Position numbers and translations under genes: made by a program. Below the pieces are notes generated by a model. It did no database searches. It was not told the DNA's origin and worked only from the letters and a program-made list of their open reading frames with translations. DNA of 64,000 bases from Epithemia pelagica (lineage: Eukaryota; Protista; Bacillariophyta): the NCBI GenBank assembly GCA_946965045.2, contig OX337236.1, positions 434,001 through 498,000 of the forward strand, given 5' to 3'. Numbering within the stretch: the first letter of the stretch is position 1; each line of letters opens with the position of its first letter. Below, piece after piece: positions 17,701 to 27,049 of the stretch.

Positions 17701-20481
17701 TGAACCACCATCACTGATAAGAGTCTCCATGGCACCACGAAACCGGATGTTGTCCTGGAGAGTATTGACAAACTGTTTGGTTGACTTGATCCCATAGATA
17801 TCAGTAACCAGAGTATCTCGACCAACAAAGATTTGTGCGACTTTACCGCCATGGTCAACAGCAGGGGTGTCGGAGAAAACCGAGTCAGTAGCAACGGGTT
17901 CATGGCGTCGAGGTATATTAAGGACCGGATTGCGAGCCTTGAAATGTTTCTTGAGGGTGTCGTGGTCAAAAGTAATGCTACCATTACGTGTAGTGTGCTT
18001 GAACGTATCGGCAATAACATCTTCAGATTGCCAACCAAAGAATGGACGGAACTTCTTCCAATCATACGCTTCCTGGTAACGACGGTGGACAGAGGCATGA
18101 AGTGTAGGATCATTACCTTCTGCGTCAGCATAGATAGAAAAGAAGGGTGCGTCGTCAGGTCCATGATCGTATGGGAGATCCAAAAGGAGATTGAGGTTAC
18201 AAACAACACGATCAGTGTACTCCCCATAGTTGTCATATGGATGGTTCGACATACTACCATCAGTCTTGACGTGTTTCCAATCAGGATCATTGTCAGAGGG
18301 TGTGGGAGAATACGAATGGTCCAGAACACCAGGATCCCATGTGTCAGGTGACGTGAAGATGATCTGAGGTAAGGTATCCATGTCATCGTCGCTGGGGATA
18401 CCCAAGGAGTGGATGTAGGCTAACCCATCCTTGATGTGAAGGGGTATGGCACGACCATCAAGTGTAGTGATGCGTTGTTTACCATCAACTTTAACAGATC
18501 GTTCATCAACAGCAAGTCCGAAATGCTCGAATTGACCAGGAGCATGGATAGATAAGCCCTTCCCATAATAAGCATATTCATTGAAGATGCCGACAATAGG
18601 TCCATCATTGGTCTCAAACTTTGCGGCACATGTGACGACAGGAAGTCCAGTAAGTTCATGGTTATCAATACCCACAATAGTGATATGGCGGCCAGTCTTA
18701 GAAAGGATGCGCATGTCAGAACCGGCAAGTCCTCCATTAGCACCACGGTCAATCAATTGATTCCCTGGTAAAGTAGATTTCCTGGAAAACAGATAGCGTG
18801 GAACATGTCCTGCTTGTTTATGCATGTTGGCTTTGAAAGTAACCTTCTTGCTCGTCTTGGACTTGGCGTTAGAAAGAACACTAGTCAGGTCAGTTGCCGG
18901 GTGATTGATATCAGTCGTCATGGCTTGGTTGATAAATTGTGTAACCGGATCTGAATCATCTGAATGCTCAGGGACTACGCCAGGTGAGTCGTCATCAGAT
19001 GCAACTTGGTTGGGGTCAGGATCAGGTTCCGGATCAATGTCGAGGGCATGTGTTTGCACTGTCCTCGGTGTTGTTGATGAAGGTGCTTGAATCATCTTGT
19101 TATACTCAATGATCAACTTGCGATCTTCTTCAGAAAGTTTGAACCATAAGTCACGCGGTAGACTAACCTTGGACGAAGAGGATGGAGATTCAGATGTCGC
19201 TTTGGTGTTGTGGACATGATACTCCATATCATCTTGTGAGGTTATGTCAGCATCTGTATCTTGGCCATATAGTGATTCATGTTGTTTGACATGTCGACGG
19301 CGACTATGAACAGATGACTGGGTTGCTTGATCATGGTCATAAGCTGCGTCTAGAAGGAGACGGAAGTATGATTGATAGCAAAGGGATTTTGCACCGGATT
19401 TGGTATTCACCACATTATCCAAGATCTTGACTCGGCGGAGATCAGGTACCTTTTCTACAGCTTGCATGAGGAAGGTCATCCTGGTATGATCAGGGATGCG
19501 ATCAGACAATGTCACTAAATTGTCTAGCAAACGTAGCTGCTCTTGAAAGTGTAGAAGAAATTGACGTGTTGTTCCGCGCCATGTGTCGTCAAGACGTAGA
19601 TTGGAAATGTAGTTGGTTAAGCGGAGGACTTCTCGCTTTGCTAGGTCGGATTCGGTATGCAAAGAGTGTAACTTCTGCAATACGGCACGCGCATCTTCAT
19701 CATGTTCATGTTCACGTACATAGGCTCGACCTTGGTCAGTCTGAATGATACGGACAAGAACGGAGTAAAGAAATACTTGTTGCTCTTGAAAAAGTTCTTC
19801 GGCATACTCATCATCATGGGGTGGTGTGTATTTGAAATTCAGAACGTTGGATAGGCCTTGAGCCTTAGCTGTAGTCTTGAATACACGCCAGAATGAATCG
19901 TAGTATCGTTCATCCTTGAATACCTCATATGCAGTTGCGTCGCGCTTAGTTCCCTTTCTGAATGCTGTAAGGTCTTGTTGAGATTGGGATGCGGCAGTAA
20001 CTGTGCTGACAGATTTCACAGATGACGGTGACTTCATTGGCGAGACTGGGACTTGGCTAGGTGGTCCCTTAGAGAAATCTGTGTTGATCCTCCAAGTGTT
20101 GAACTCTTTCCTCGTTAGGTTCATCCAGTCGCTATTGGATAGCTCGTCTTGAATTTCATTGGTCTTGTATGTGGCCCAATAAGCCAAGAGCTTGATCTGC
20201 TGTCTTGTGGGGCCTTGTAGATCATGTGTCTGTTTGTTGACCTTGTATTGTGTCAGTTCCTTCATGGATTCCTCGGTATTAGTTTGCATATACGAGATAA
20301 CATGGGTAATGTTCTCAAAACCATGGTATTTCATCCACTTCATTAAGTAGTCGGCCCTTTCTTTGGTGAAGAATTGGCAGACAGTAAATATGATGTGGTC
20401 GAATAGGTCTGTGTCCGAGACATTGTCTTGGTTATCTTCTCCCTTAGGAGTCGTAGGTGTCTTGGGTGATTGAGGATCCAT
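14794..20481 (-). CDS. Element B Gag-Pol polyprotein (Gag, PR, IN + chromodomain-like tail, RT, RNase H)
   Basis: Protease-like LIDRGANGGLAG. Integrase VATDSVF...LISDGG...SEPYHQHQNKAENR. RT ALYGLKSSGARW, VYVDDL. RNase H YVDANL, YGSEFVAA, NPADILSK. Confidence 0.95.
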   Translation of the reverse strand: MDPQSPKTPTTPKGEDNQDNVSDTDLFDHIIFTVCQFFTKERADYLMKWMKYHGFENITHVISYMQTNTEESMKELTQYKVNKQTHDLQGPTRQQIKLLAYWATYKTNEIQDELSNSDWMNLTRKEFNTWRINTDFSKGPPSQVPVSPMKSPSSVKSVSTVTAASQSQQDLTAFRKGTKRDATAYEVFKDERYYDSFWRVFKTTAKAQGLSNVLNFKYTPPHDDEYAEELFQEQQVFLYSVLVRIIQTDQGRAYVREHEHDEDARAVLQKLHSLHTESDLAKREVLRLTNYISNLRLDDTWRGTTRQFLLHFQEQLRLLDNLVTLSDRIPDHTRMTFLMQAVEKVPDLRRVKILDNVVNTKSGAKSLCYQSYFRLLLDAAYDHDQATQSSVHSRRRHVKQHESLYGQDTDADITSQDDMEYHVHNTKATSESPSSSSKVSLPRDLWFKLSEEDRKLIIEYNKMIQAPSSTTPRTVQTHALDIDPEPDPDPNQVASDDDSPGVVPEHSDDSDPVTQFINQAMTTDINHPATDLTSVLSNAKSKTSKKVTFKANMHKQAGHVPRYLFSRKSTLPGNQLIDRGANGGLAGSDMRILSKTGRHITIVGIDNHELTGLPVVTCAAKFETNDGPIVGIFNEYAYYGKGLSIHAPGQFEHFGLAVDERSVKVDGKQRITTLDGRAIPLHIKDGLAYIHSLGIPSDDDMDTLPQIIFTSPDTWDPGVLDHSYSPTPSDNDPDWKHVKTDGSMSNHPYDNYGEYTDRVVCNLNLLLDLPYDHGPDDAPFFSIYADAEGNDPTLHASVHRRYQEAYDWKKFRPFFGWQSEDVIADTFKHTTRNGSITFDHDTLKKHFKARNPVLNIPRRHEPVATDSVFSDTPAVDHGGKVAQIFVGRDTLVTDIYGIKSTKQFVNTLQDNIRFRGAMETLISDGGSSLISQKVKDILRTLLIGEYRSEPYHQHQNKAENRYQTVKRMTNALMNATGCPANTWLLCLEYVCDLLNHTSSPTHSGRTPLEALSGRPPDITHLLFFPFWDEVYYRVDPAEPTSGSYPSSSDEKLGHWVGFAHNVGDSFTWKILTQDNQIIYRSAVRRVESTTPNLRVDRPSGEDSSEKDDNDKQADTVFIRSDSEDPSKPIPTIDFDDMIGRTFLCDTEENGERHRARVIKRVIDLNEEATKQEERVKYIYRKTNSDVDEMISYNQLMEYIERDNQAQTSGDNLFRFRDVIAHQGPLNTTDPDYKGSKYNLLVDWETGETTYEPLSLIANDDPITVAIYGKKHDLLNEPGWKHLKRYVKTSKRLIRAAKQSRIKQVHHSVKYKFGFQVPRNYEEAVALDKQHGNTKWQDATELELSQIQSYKTFKDFGKAIFIKGKVSNAPEGYHKIRVHLVFDVKHDGRHKARLVADGHLTKEPVETIYSGVVSIRNLRIALFLGTLNDLEIWGADIGNAYLEALTGEKLFIVAGPEFKQLEGHILIIYKALYGLKSSGARWHDVLFDVLTDMGFSPSKADPDIWMRKAPGEDCYEYIAVYVDDLAIISTDPGNICKILKEKYNFKLKGDGPIDFHLGCCYTKDSDGTLVADPRRYIGKMMDTFERIFKEKPKKAKTPLIGGDHPELDDSELLDEEGTNHFQTLIGQLQWVITIGRFDVFTATMTLSRFRAAPRKGHLDRAKRIYGYLAHLPEGAIRFRIGEPDYSSLPTQEFDWTRTVYSNASERIPEDCPTPLGRYVTTTHYVDANLMHDIVTGKSVTAVLHLLNGTPIDWYSKRQSTVETATYGSEFVAARTAIDQITELRHSLRYLGVPIRERSYMYGDNRSVVLNATVPHSILSKRHHLLSYHRVREAIAAKYVAFYWKDGKTNPADILSKHWDFVSIWPMLKPLLFWKGEVQDLNKSNDDKAETTSCGEC

Positions 20482-20801
20482 GGTGTTATTTGGTTGGTTC
20501 GATGTTTATTTAATGTGCGGTGTGATGTGGTTTATTTAATGTGTGATGTGATGTGAACCCGGATGTACCACGTGTGCCACGTATGTACCACGTATGTGAT
20601 ACCCGGATGTGTGTTGTGATGTGCGACTCCTGGAAATTTCTGTTGATTTCGACAAATTTTCGCCGAGTTTCAACAAATTTTCGCCGAATTTTCGCGATTT
20701 GACGGGAATGTGTGGCGTGTTGTGCGACCAAGGGTACCCGGATGTGCGTTGAGTTTAAGTCTTGGAAAGGTTTTGAGAGGACGGGAGTTAACTATGAGTA
20801 A

Positions 20802-21581
20802 TTAAGCTTCGGTCTCCGAATCCTCACCCTCTTCCGAATGATCAGAGTCGCTTCCAGGCTCAGATGGGGCAGCACAAGCAACAGAAGAAGGGGTATCACC
20901 TTCAGCCAGGTGGTTCTCGACCTCGGTACGCAAAGGGTAGATAGTTGCACGATGGTCCTCGATGGTATGGACCTCGTGGATGTAGGCAACGTAGTTATCT
21001 AGGCGTACAACGTTAGGAGGCAGAGGGCAAGTCGTCGCGTTCACGACGTGGATGGTATTGTAGTATCCAGTTGGGCGCTCGAAGGTTAGGAAGCGGAGGT
21101 GGACAGTACGGATGGGGTTGCCCGAGAGGGCGGCAAAGATGAGGCGACGCCTCGGAGAACGATGAAGTTGGTCGTTCAGACGGTCAATGTCTTCTTGGTC
21201 GACGATGTGGGTCACCGATTGGAACTGGCGTTCGATCTGGGTCTCCCCACGGATGATCTCGGGATCGAAGGTCGAACAAGTTGGTTGGCGGAAGTACTTG
21301 ATATGATCAGCAATCAACCGGGTGGTACGACGGGATCGAGAAGGGACGAGCCGACGAGGCGGACTCGGGAGCCGAAGCAACGGCGCAGGGATCGGAGCGT
21401 GAGGCTGGGTTGGAGTCTCGAATGGGTTGCTGTTGGAACTGTCGACGGAGATGTTGACCGATGTGTTGGCTGCCTTCGGCGTCGGCACCAGTTCCTGCTG
21501 CACCAGGGTATCGGGCTGCCCGGGATGCAGTTTGGCTCGATAGATCTGTCGTACAGGAGTGATAAGCTCGTTAGAATCCAT
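20802..21581 (-). CDS. Element B accessory ORF0 (259 aa, unknown function) between the PBS and gag
   Basis: ATG 36 nt inside the 5' LTR boundary, same strand as gag-pol. Pro-rich N-half, globular-looking middle, acidic tail. Confidence 0.65.
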   Translation of the reverse strand: MDSNELITPVRQIYRAKLHPGQPDTLVQQELVPTPKAANTSVNISVDSSNSNPFETPTQPHAPIPAPLLRLPSPPRRLVPSRSRRTTRLIADHIKYFRQPTCSTFDPEIIRGETQIERQFQSVTHIVDQEDIDRLNDQLHRSPRRRLIFAALSGNPIRTVHLRFLTFERPTGYYNTIHVVNATTCPLPPNVVRLDNYVAYIHEVHTIEDHRATIYPLRTEVENHLAEGDTPSSVACAAPSEPGSDSDHSEEGEDSETEA

Positions 21582-21617
21582 GAAACCACAAGGAAATAAG
21601 CTTTGAGACTGTTAATC

Positions 21618-22400
21618 TGTTACAATTCTTTCTGAATCGTAGGGACATTGATGCTCGGTAGAGCAGACAATCAGGTAGGTCACCAACCGATACAAGCTTC
21701 TCAGGGTCAGAGAAGCAAGCAAGTCGAAGTCTATCAGAAGGATAGTCGGGACACAAAAGAGGATGTGATAAATGGTGATATTGTTAGATTGTGTGTTGAT
21801 TACTACGATAGGTCTACGTGAAATGTTCGGTCCTGCCAAGGGTCATGTGTCATAGGTTCTTGGCGGCAACAGGTTTGGAATAGTTGGAGTCGATTCATGT
21901 GATGTATATGACATGTATATGTGGGTGGATAACATATACAGGGTCAACAGCTCTTGCTTTGAGTTGGCATAGTTGTTTTCATGGCGCGCAGCTTGTTGAC
22001 AATTTGGAGATTGTGGGAATGGAAATATGGTCTCGCGTGATCGTGTGTCGTGCTTGGGATACTTAGACCGTTGGATCGGATAGATGCCGATAGCGCTCGG
22101 ATGTCGCTTGGGCGCGCTCGATGATTTCGGGCGCGTATGCTTAGGGCGTTAGTATAATGTCCGAGCAACGGCCAAATTTATGTCCGTTGTAATACCGCAC
22201 GACCCAGTTTAGTCTTGAGAGTGAGTTCGTCAATCTATTCTCACTTTTCATGATTTGCGAAGAAATATAGGTCGATATAGCGCGAAGCTAGGGAACATAG
22301 CTCGAAGCTAGATGGCATGATGCGATAGCACGAGGCTATGTGACATGGGGAATCGATGAGATGTAGAATCTAACCACCATAGACGGTGAGAATTCTAACA
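21618..22400 (-). repeat. 5' LTR of element B
   Basis: Direct repeat of 14017-14799, followed by TSD GCCTC. Confidence 0.96.
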
Positions 22401-22405
22401 GCCTC

Positions 22406-22793
22406 CTGCGGCACCGCCACCATGTCCGCCTCCTCCCGCTCCCAGCGCACCACATCCTGCACCGGCTCCACCGCCGGCACCTCCCGTTCCGGCGCTTCCT
22501 GCGCCAGTCCCAGGCGCACCACCTGGTGCCGCCACTCCCGGGGCCGTTCCTGCAGCTGTCCCTGCTGCGGTTCCTCCTGTAGTTCCAGGTACACCTCCTG
22601 GCGGGTCACTCCCTCCCGCTCCCGTTCCCATACTTGCGCCATGGCGTGAAGTACGATCTCCTCCCCCATTCCCCGTGGCCCCGGGGTTCCCATTTCCGCT
22701 TCCGCCTCCACTTCCGCTTCCGCTTCCGCTTCCGCTTCCGCTCCTTCCACTTGCAGTTGCAGTTTTCGTATTCGATCGTGTCGATGTAGCCAT
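22406..22793 (-). CDS. Element A gag, 5' part (Gly/Ser/Ala-rich N-terminus), truncated by element B
   Basis: MATSTRSNTK...HGGGAAG. Removing element B and one TSD copy joins it in frame to 14016-10850 (388+3167=3555 nt). Confidence 0.88.
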
Positions 22794-22831
22794 TCTTCGT
22801 TCTTCTTTACCAGACGATGGGTCTGATAAAC

Positions 22832-23008
22832 TGTCTTATTCTACTTGATAGAAACCGTTCCAAAGAAAGACTAAGATAAGCGTTACAACCACATCCATCG
22901 CATAAAACCAGTAAAGTGGCCCCCGGCCATAAGGCCCAATCTACGTCGCCATAAGGCCCAACCTACGTCATGCTGACGTATCAATCCCGTATCGACCAGA
23001 ATGAGACA
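22832..23008 (-). repeat. 5' LTR of element A
   Basis: Direct repeat of 8003-8179. Confidence 0.95.
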
Positions 23009-23046
23009 ATAAAACAATCGTTGGGCAGGCAGGCTCTTGCTTGGGT

Positions 23047-23085
23047 CCCCCGGCGCCGGGGCTGCGCCGGCGCATCCTCGCTAAT
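23047..23085 (+). promoter_or_regulatory. GC-rich palindromic motif upstream of Kelch paralog 2
   Basis: ccccggcgccggggctgcgccggcgcatcctcgctaatt; related copies at 28066-28100 and 31628-31662. Confidence 0.5.
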
Positions 23086-23722
23086 TTCATGCGCTCTGTC
23101 ATTTTTTGCCTCTTTCGTAAACAGCATCAATCAAACGTGAAAGGGATGAGGTATGAGATGCGAGGAACGAAGAACGAAGACACTCTGTTTTCGTTCCCAT
23201 ATGCGGTGCGATGAAAGCCAGTGATGAAGAAAAACGGCGAATGCTGGATCAAAAAGTTCAATTGGAAAGAATCTGAAATGCCATCAACACAGAGAACCAA
23301 GTGCCCCCGAGAGCCAGTGATGAAGAAGATTTGGAAAGAATCTGAAATGCCCTCAAGACGGAACAGCCCAGGCCGAATTCAAACAGATCCGCAAAATCAC
23401 AATGGCGAAGTGACTACAGAACGGGCACCTCTGCTGCCGCCAGCCACGGACACGGCCAATGTGATGCCGCTCGTCCAACCGTCTTCTCTCATGTATTATG
23501 GTGCTAAAAACACACCACGAACATTTCCTGGCTACTTCCCACACATTATCGTGGAGTCAAACACGTGGCTTCAACACGATCGATTTACGAGTGATTGGGA
23601 TTGACTCCTCACATTGTGCCGTGCGTCGTGGAAGGTGGTCGGGTTTTGAGGAGAACCATCAATTGGACTCGGTATCCACTCCATAAAAAACCATCCACAA
23701 GGTTTTGTACGGCCATCGAACC

Positions 23723-26620
23723 ATGACAAAACTGCGCGAACTGGCACAGCAATCGGGGCTCTCTTTTGCCGACAGTAACGACAACAGCCGTCATCGTCCG
23801 CAATGGAATGCAAATGACTGGCCTCCCCTTTTGGGTGGATACCGTTGTGATCATGCCTCGGTTGTGCTGGACGATCCCGAAAACGAAAGGGCTCAGACTA
23901 TCGTAGTCCTGGGAGGACGTAGAACTTGTGAATATGCCACCAATTCTATTCTGATGTTGAATTTGAACGAACAGAATCCACAATGGCGGGAAGGACCAGC
24001 GTTAACAAAAGGCAGGCGTGATCATGCAGCTGTCGTGTGCAACGGCGGAGTTTATGTCATGGGAGGAAGCGGTGGCGACCCTTTAGATTCTATTGAACGC
24101 ACTGATGTTGAAGATTTGTTGGCAGTGTCATCTGTGACAAGTAGAAACGGGAAACTATGGACGACGTTAAATTGTCGATTGTCTACAGCACGATGTGGAT
24201 GCTGCGCTGTTGCCGTCTACAATCGTTACATTGTTGTTATTGGTGGATTCAACCCCGAAAGCTCGTATTTGTCGTCGGTTGAAATCATTGATACGGCTAT
24301 ACAAAGCAACCACACCATTATTTCTGGACCATCCATGGCACTTCCTCGATCATACTGTGCAAGTGTTGTCATTGACCACCGCATCTTTCTTGTTGGAGGA
24401 TACAATCGATCTAGTGGTGAACTGGCATGGGTGGAGACATTGCAATTTGAGGAAAGATCTAATGATGAAACCAACGAGACTGCTTGTACAGTGTTCCCCG
24501 CATCAGCTACTTGGACGACATATACCGGTCTGACCCGATCTACCGCAACTTGTCATAGCGTGGCTGTGGCATTGGGATCGTGTATCATTCTTGGAGAAAT
24601 TGACATATGCAAGCCGGAGCTTTTTGATACCGAACGCAACATTGTGTGGAACCTTCCGCCATTGACCACTGACCGTAATAGCTCAAGCATGGTGGCCTTC
24701 AATAATGGTATTGCTGTGATTGGTGGATACAGGTCGGCTTTATGCGAAACTTTGCCTTTGATCGTCGACAAGAAAGAACATCTTAAGGTACGTTTTTTGT
24801 TTCATATTTTTGTTTCATGTTTTACTCTGGGACGTTTGGGACTTTCTGACATCATAAGCTGTTTCTGTGATTTGCAGAGACTGTATTCGTGTCGGGAAGA
24901 ACTAGATAAGGAAATGGAAAATCTGCAGAATGTCATTGATCGTGCCCAGATTGAACGTAGCGATATCAAAGTATTGCAAGAAGCTGCCAAGGCAGAAAAG
25001 TTGCATTCAATTTTACAATCACTTTGTACCGACGAGAAATATCTGTCGGTCGAACACATACAAGACGAAATCAACACGATCACTAGTCAGCTGGACCGGA
25101 TCAATGTTATAAAAGACAAAATCCCACGCGTTGCGAAACTGAAGAAGCTGGAATCACAACTGGAACTGACACAGTTGACTCAGAATGACAGGAAGCTTCC
25201 TGGTCACCCGGTCAGATCGACGAGACGTACCGATTCTTGTGTTTCAGAAGATGACTTTTTCAAGAAACTTGTGGAAGTTGATTGCAACGATGTTGTCTTT
25301 AAGGTCCACGACTTGTCGCTTTTGGTCTATGACGTTCATCAAATGAAAGTATTTTATATATTTTTGAATCACCTGTACCGTTCCAAACGCATGTCGAAGG
25401 ATGAGCGGCAACGATACACGATGAAAGCACTGCAAGAAACATTCAAGAACATAGATAAGACTGACCAGCAAGTCTTGACAATGCACGAGAGGATTGTCGA
25501 AAAGTGTCGGCAGGATGGTGTCTTTGTTTCTGGCTTTGACAACAATGAAACAGACTCTGTAGCAGCAATTACAGATCCAATGTCTTCATTGCCCAACAAG
25601 CTTGCCATGACTGAATTCCGAGTGGGAGAAATCCTTCACCATACATCAACTCAATCGCTGTCGACTACCAATATCGCGAATGAAAGCATTGTCCATAGTT
25701 TTGTTCTTGCTCAGGCCCAGGCTTTGGGAAGATCCTTGAAGGATGTTTATGCGGCACTGGATGCCTATGATGCGAATGGAGCATCCACTGGGGCAATTTG
25801 CTCGATTCTGAATGCCTTATCCTTCGGCCAAACTATTTTTCGGCATGTTTCGTCTGAAACTCTTGCGACTCCTCTTCTGGATGACATTGTAGACTACGGA
25901 GACGTGAGTCACATTTGTTCGGTTGTGTATGAAAGTGGTAATGAGAAATTGCAGAATGCGTTTCAGCAAGGTATTGCCATTGTGGAAGGAGCAATGTTAT
26001 CCTTTGAAATGGAGGACGATGCGACGAGAGATCATGACAAGGCTGGAATGAATGCATTGGTGAGTGTGATTGGTCAATTAGCCAATGCAGTAACGAAATG
26101 GACTCGTAATGTGACATCCATTGAAGTGGACGATATACCTGAGACTGTCGAGGCGATCAGCTTATTGGCGTTGGTTGTCACAGCCAAAATGATACAAACG
26201 GTGACAGAGGAATCTCTAGAAGGTGAACAGATCATCCCGAGTCATGACAAGGTTGATAGTGCTCATGCCTCGAAAAGGAAGAAGAGAAAGGGTTCTTCGA
26301 GTTTTTCGAGAGAAGAAAGTTCCTCTGACGTGGCTCCGGAAATCGTCGAGAATGCTCCTCTGACGACTTTTCCATCTTGTTTGGTTGAAAGGGCGAGGGA
26401 AGGCCATACCACAGCGGTAATAGGTCAACAAGTGACTCGAATGGAGGAATCCATCGCGTGGCTACAAGTAGTGGAACGAATGACACGATTGGAGGAGTCG
26501 ATGGCGTCCCTGATGGACGAACTCAAGGGCAAGAAAAGTTCCGAGGATCGGAATCAAGTCCAGATGGAACAATTGGAGCAGCGTTTGTGTCAGTTGGAAG
26601 AGACCCTGGGAAACTCATAA
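23723..26620 (+). CDS. Kelch-repeat/coiled-coil protein, paralog 2 (likely intron 24788-24877)
   Basis: ATG of MTKLRELAQQSG at 23723. Same architecture as paralog 1. GTACG...TTGCAG 90-nt segment at the homologous position. Confidence 0.85.
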   Translation: MTKLRELAQQSGLSFADSNDNSRHRPQWNANDWPPLLGGYRCDHASVVLDDPENERAQTIVVLGGRRTCEYATNSILMLNLNEQNPQWREGPALTKGRRDHAAVVCNGGVYVMGGSGGDPLDSIERTDVEDLLAVSSVTSRNGKLWTTLNCRLSTARCGCCAVAVYNRYIVVIGGFNPESSYLSSVEIIDTAIQSNHTIISGPSMALPRSYCASVVIDHRIFLVGGYNRSSGELAWVETLQFEERSNDETNETACTVFPASATWTTYTGLTRSTATCHSVAVALGSCIILGEIDICKPELFDTERNIVWNLPPLTTDRNSSSMVAFNNGIAVIGGYRSALCETLPLIVDKKEHLKVRFLFHIFVSCFTLGRLGLSDIISCFCDLQRLYSCREELDKEMENLQNVIDRAQIERSDIKVLQEAAKAEKLHSILQSLCTDEKYLSVEHIQDEINTITSQLDRINVIKDKIPRVAKLKKLESQLELTQLTQNDRKLPGHPVRSTRRTDSCVSEDDFFKKLVEVDCNDVVFKVHDLSLLVYDVHQMKVFYIFLNHLYRSKRMSKDERQRYTMKALQETFKNIDKTDQQVLTMHERIVEKCRQDGVFVSGFDNNETDSVAAITDPMSSLPNKLAMTEFRVGEILHHTSTQSLSTTNIANESIVHSFVLAQAQALGRSLKDVYAALDAYDANGASTGAICSILNALSFGQTIFRHVSSETLATPLLDDIVDYGDVSHICSVVYESGNEKLQNAFQQGIAIVEGAMLSFEMEDDATRDHDKAGMNALVSVIGQLANAVTKWTRNVTSIEVDDIPETVEAISLLALVVTAKMIQTVTEESLEGEQIIPSHDKVDSAHASKRKKRKGSSSFSREESSSDVAPEIVENAPLTTFPSCLVERAREGHTTAVIGQQVTRMEESIAWLQVVERMTRLEESMASLMDELKGKKSSEDRNQVQMEQLEQRLCQLEETLGNS

Positions 26621-27049
26621 CATATGACTGCCCACCATGGATCGCCCATTGTTCTATTTATGGTAGAGAATCCAAATCTCTCGAGAGTCCTAGCAAACGA
26701 TTCAGACTCTTCGTTTCGCTAATGTTTCAGTCACTGTATGGTTCTTTGTGACACTGTCTGTTTTTTGTCGGGATACGGATCAGGCGCTTCTTGTAAAGAC
26801 ACGAGTCCCCCCAATTCCATATGATTTGGTCGTGACAGTAAACATCTTTAATACGTCTTGACATTCTGTTTCTCCTCCTCTCACTTTCGCTCGTGTGATG
26901 CTAGCATGGCCGGAACGTTTGGCGGCAACCCCGTGGAACGAAATGGGCAGAACAAGGAAATAGACTCACAGGATCGTCAAGACCTGTTTCGGACCAGAGT
27001 TCTACCCTTTCAAACTACTACTATTGCATGTCGTGGTGATTCATTCCGT

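Larger units (their letters stand above)
14017..22400 (-). mobile_element. Ty1/Copia (CoDi-like) LTR retrotransposon B (inner), apparently intact
   Basis: 783-bp TG...CA LTRs at 14017-14799 and 21618-22400, identical by eye. 5-bp TSD GCCTC at 14012-14016 and 22401-22405. PPT (minus strand agttgtggggag) next to 14800. Uninterrupted 1895-aa polyprotein. Confidence 0.97.
8003..23008 (-). mobile_element. Ty1/Copia (CoDi-like) LTR retrotransposon A (outer), interrupted by element B
   Basis: 177-bp TG...CA LTRs at 8003-8179 and 22832-23008, identical by eye. Flanking ATAA duplication. Gag-PR-IN-RT-RH order on the minus strand. Confidence 0.96.

Noticed and set aside
21600-22831. tRNA genes at the anticodon-like sequences
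   Set aside because: Only a loop and partial stem are present, with no acceptor, D or T arms. Treated as primer-binding sites instead.
23221-23604. Shared small ORF MMKKNGECWIKKFNWKESEM upstream of Kelch paralogs 2 and 3
   Set aside because: Explained by duplication of the upstream module. The ORFs diverge in length and are not conserved at paralogs 1 and 4; possibly a decayed coding relic.
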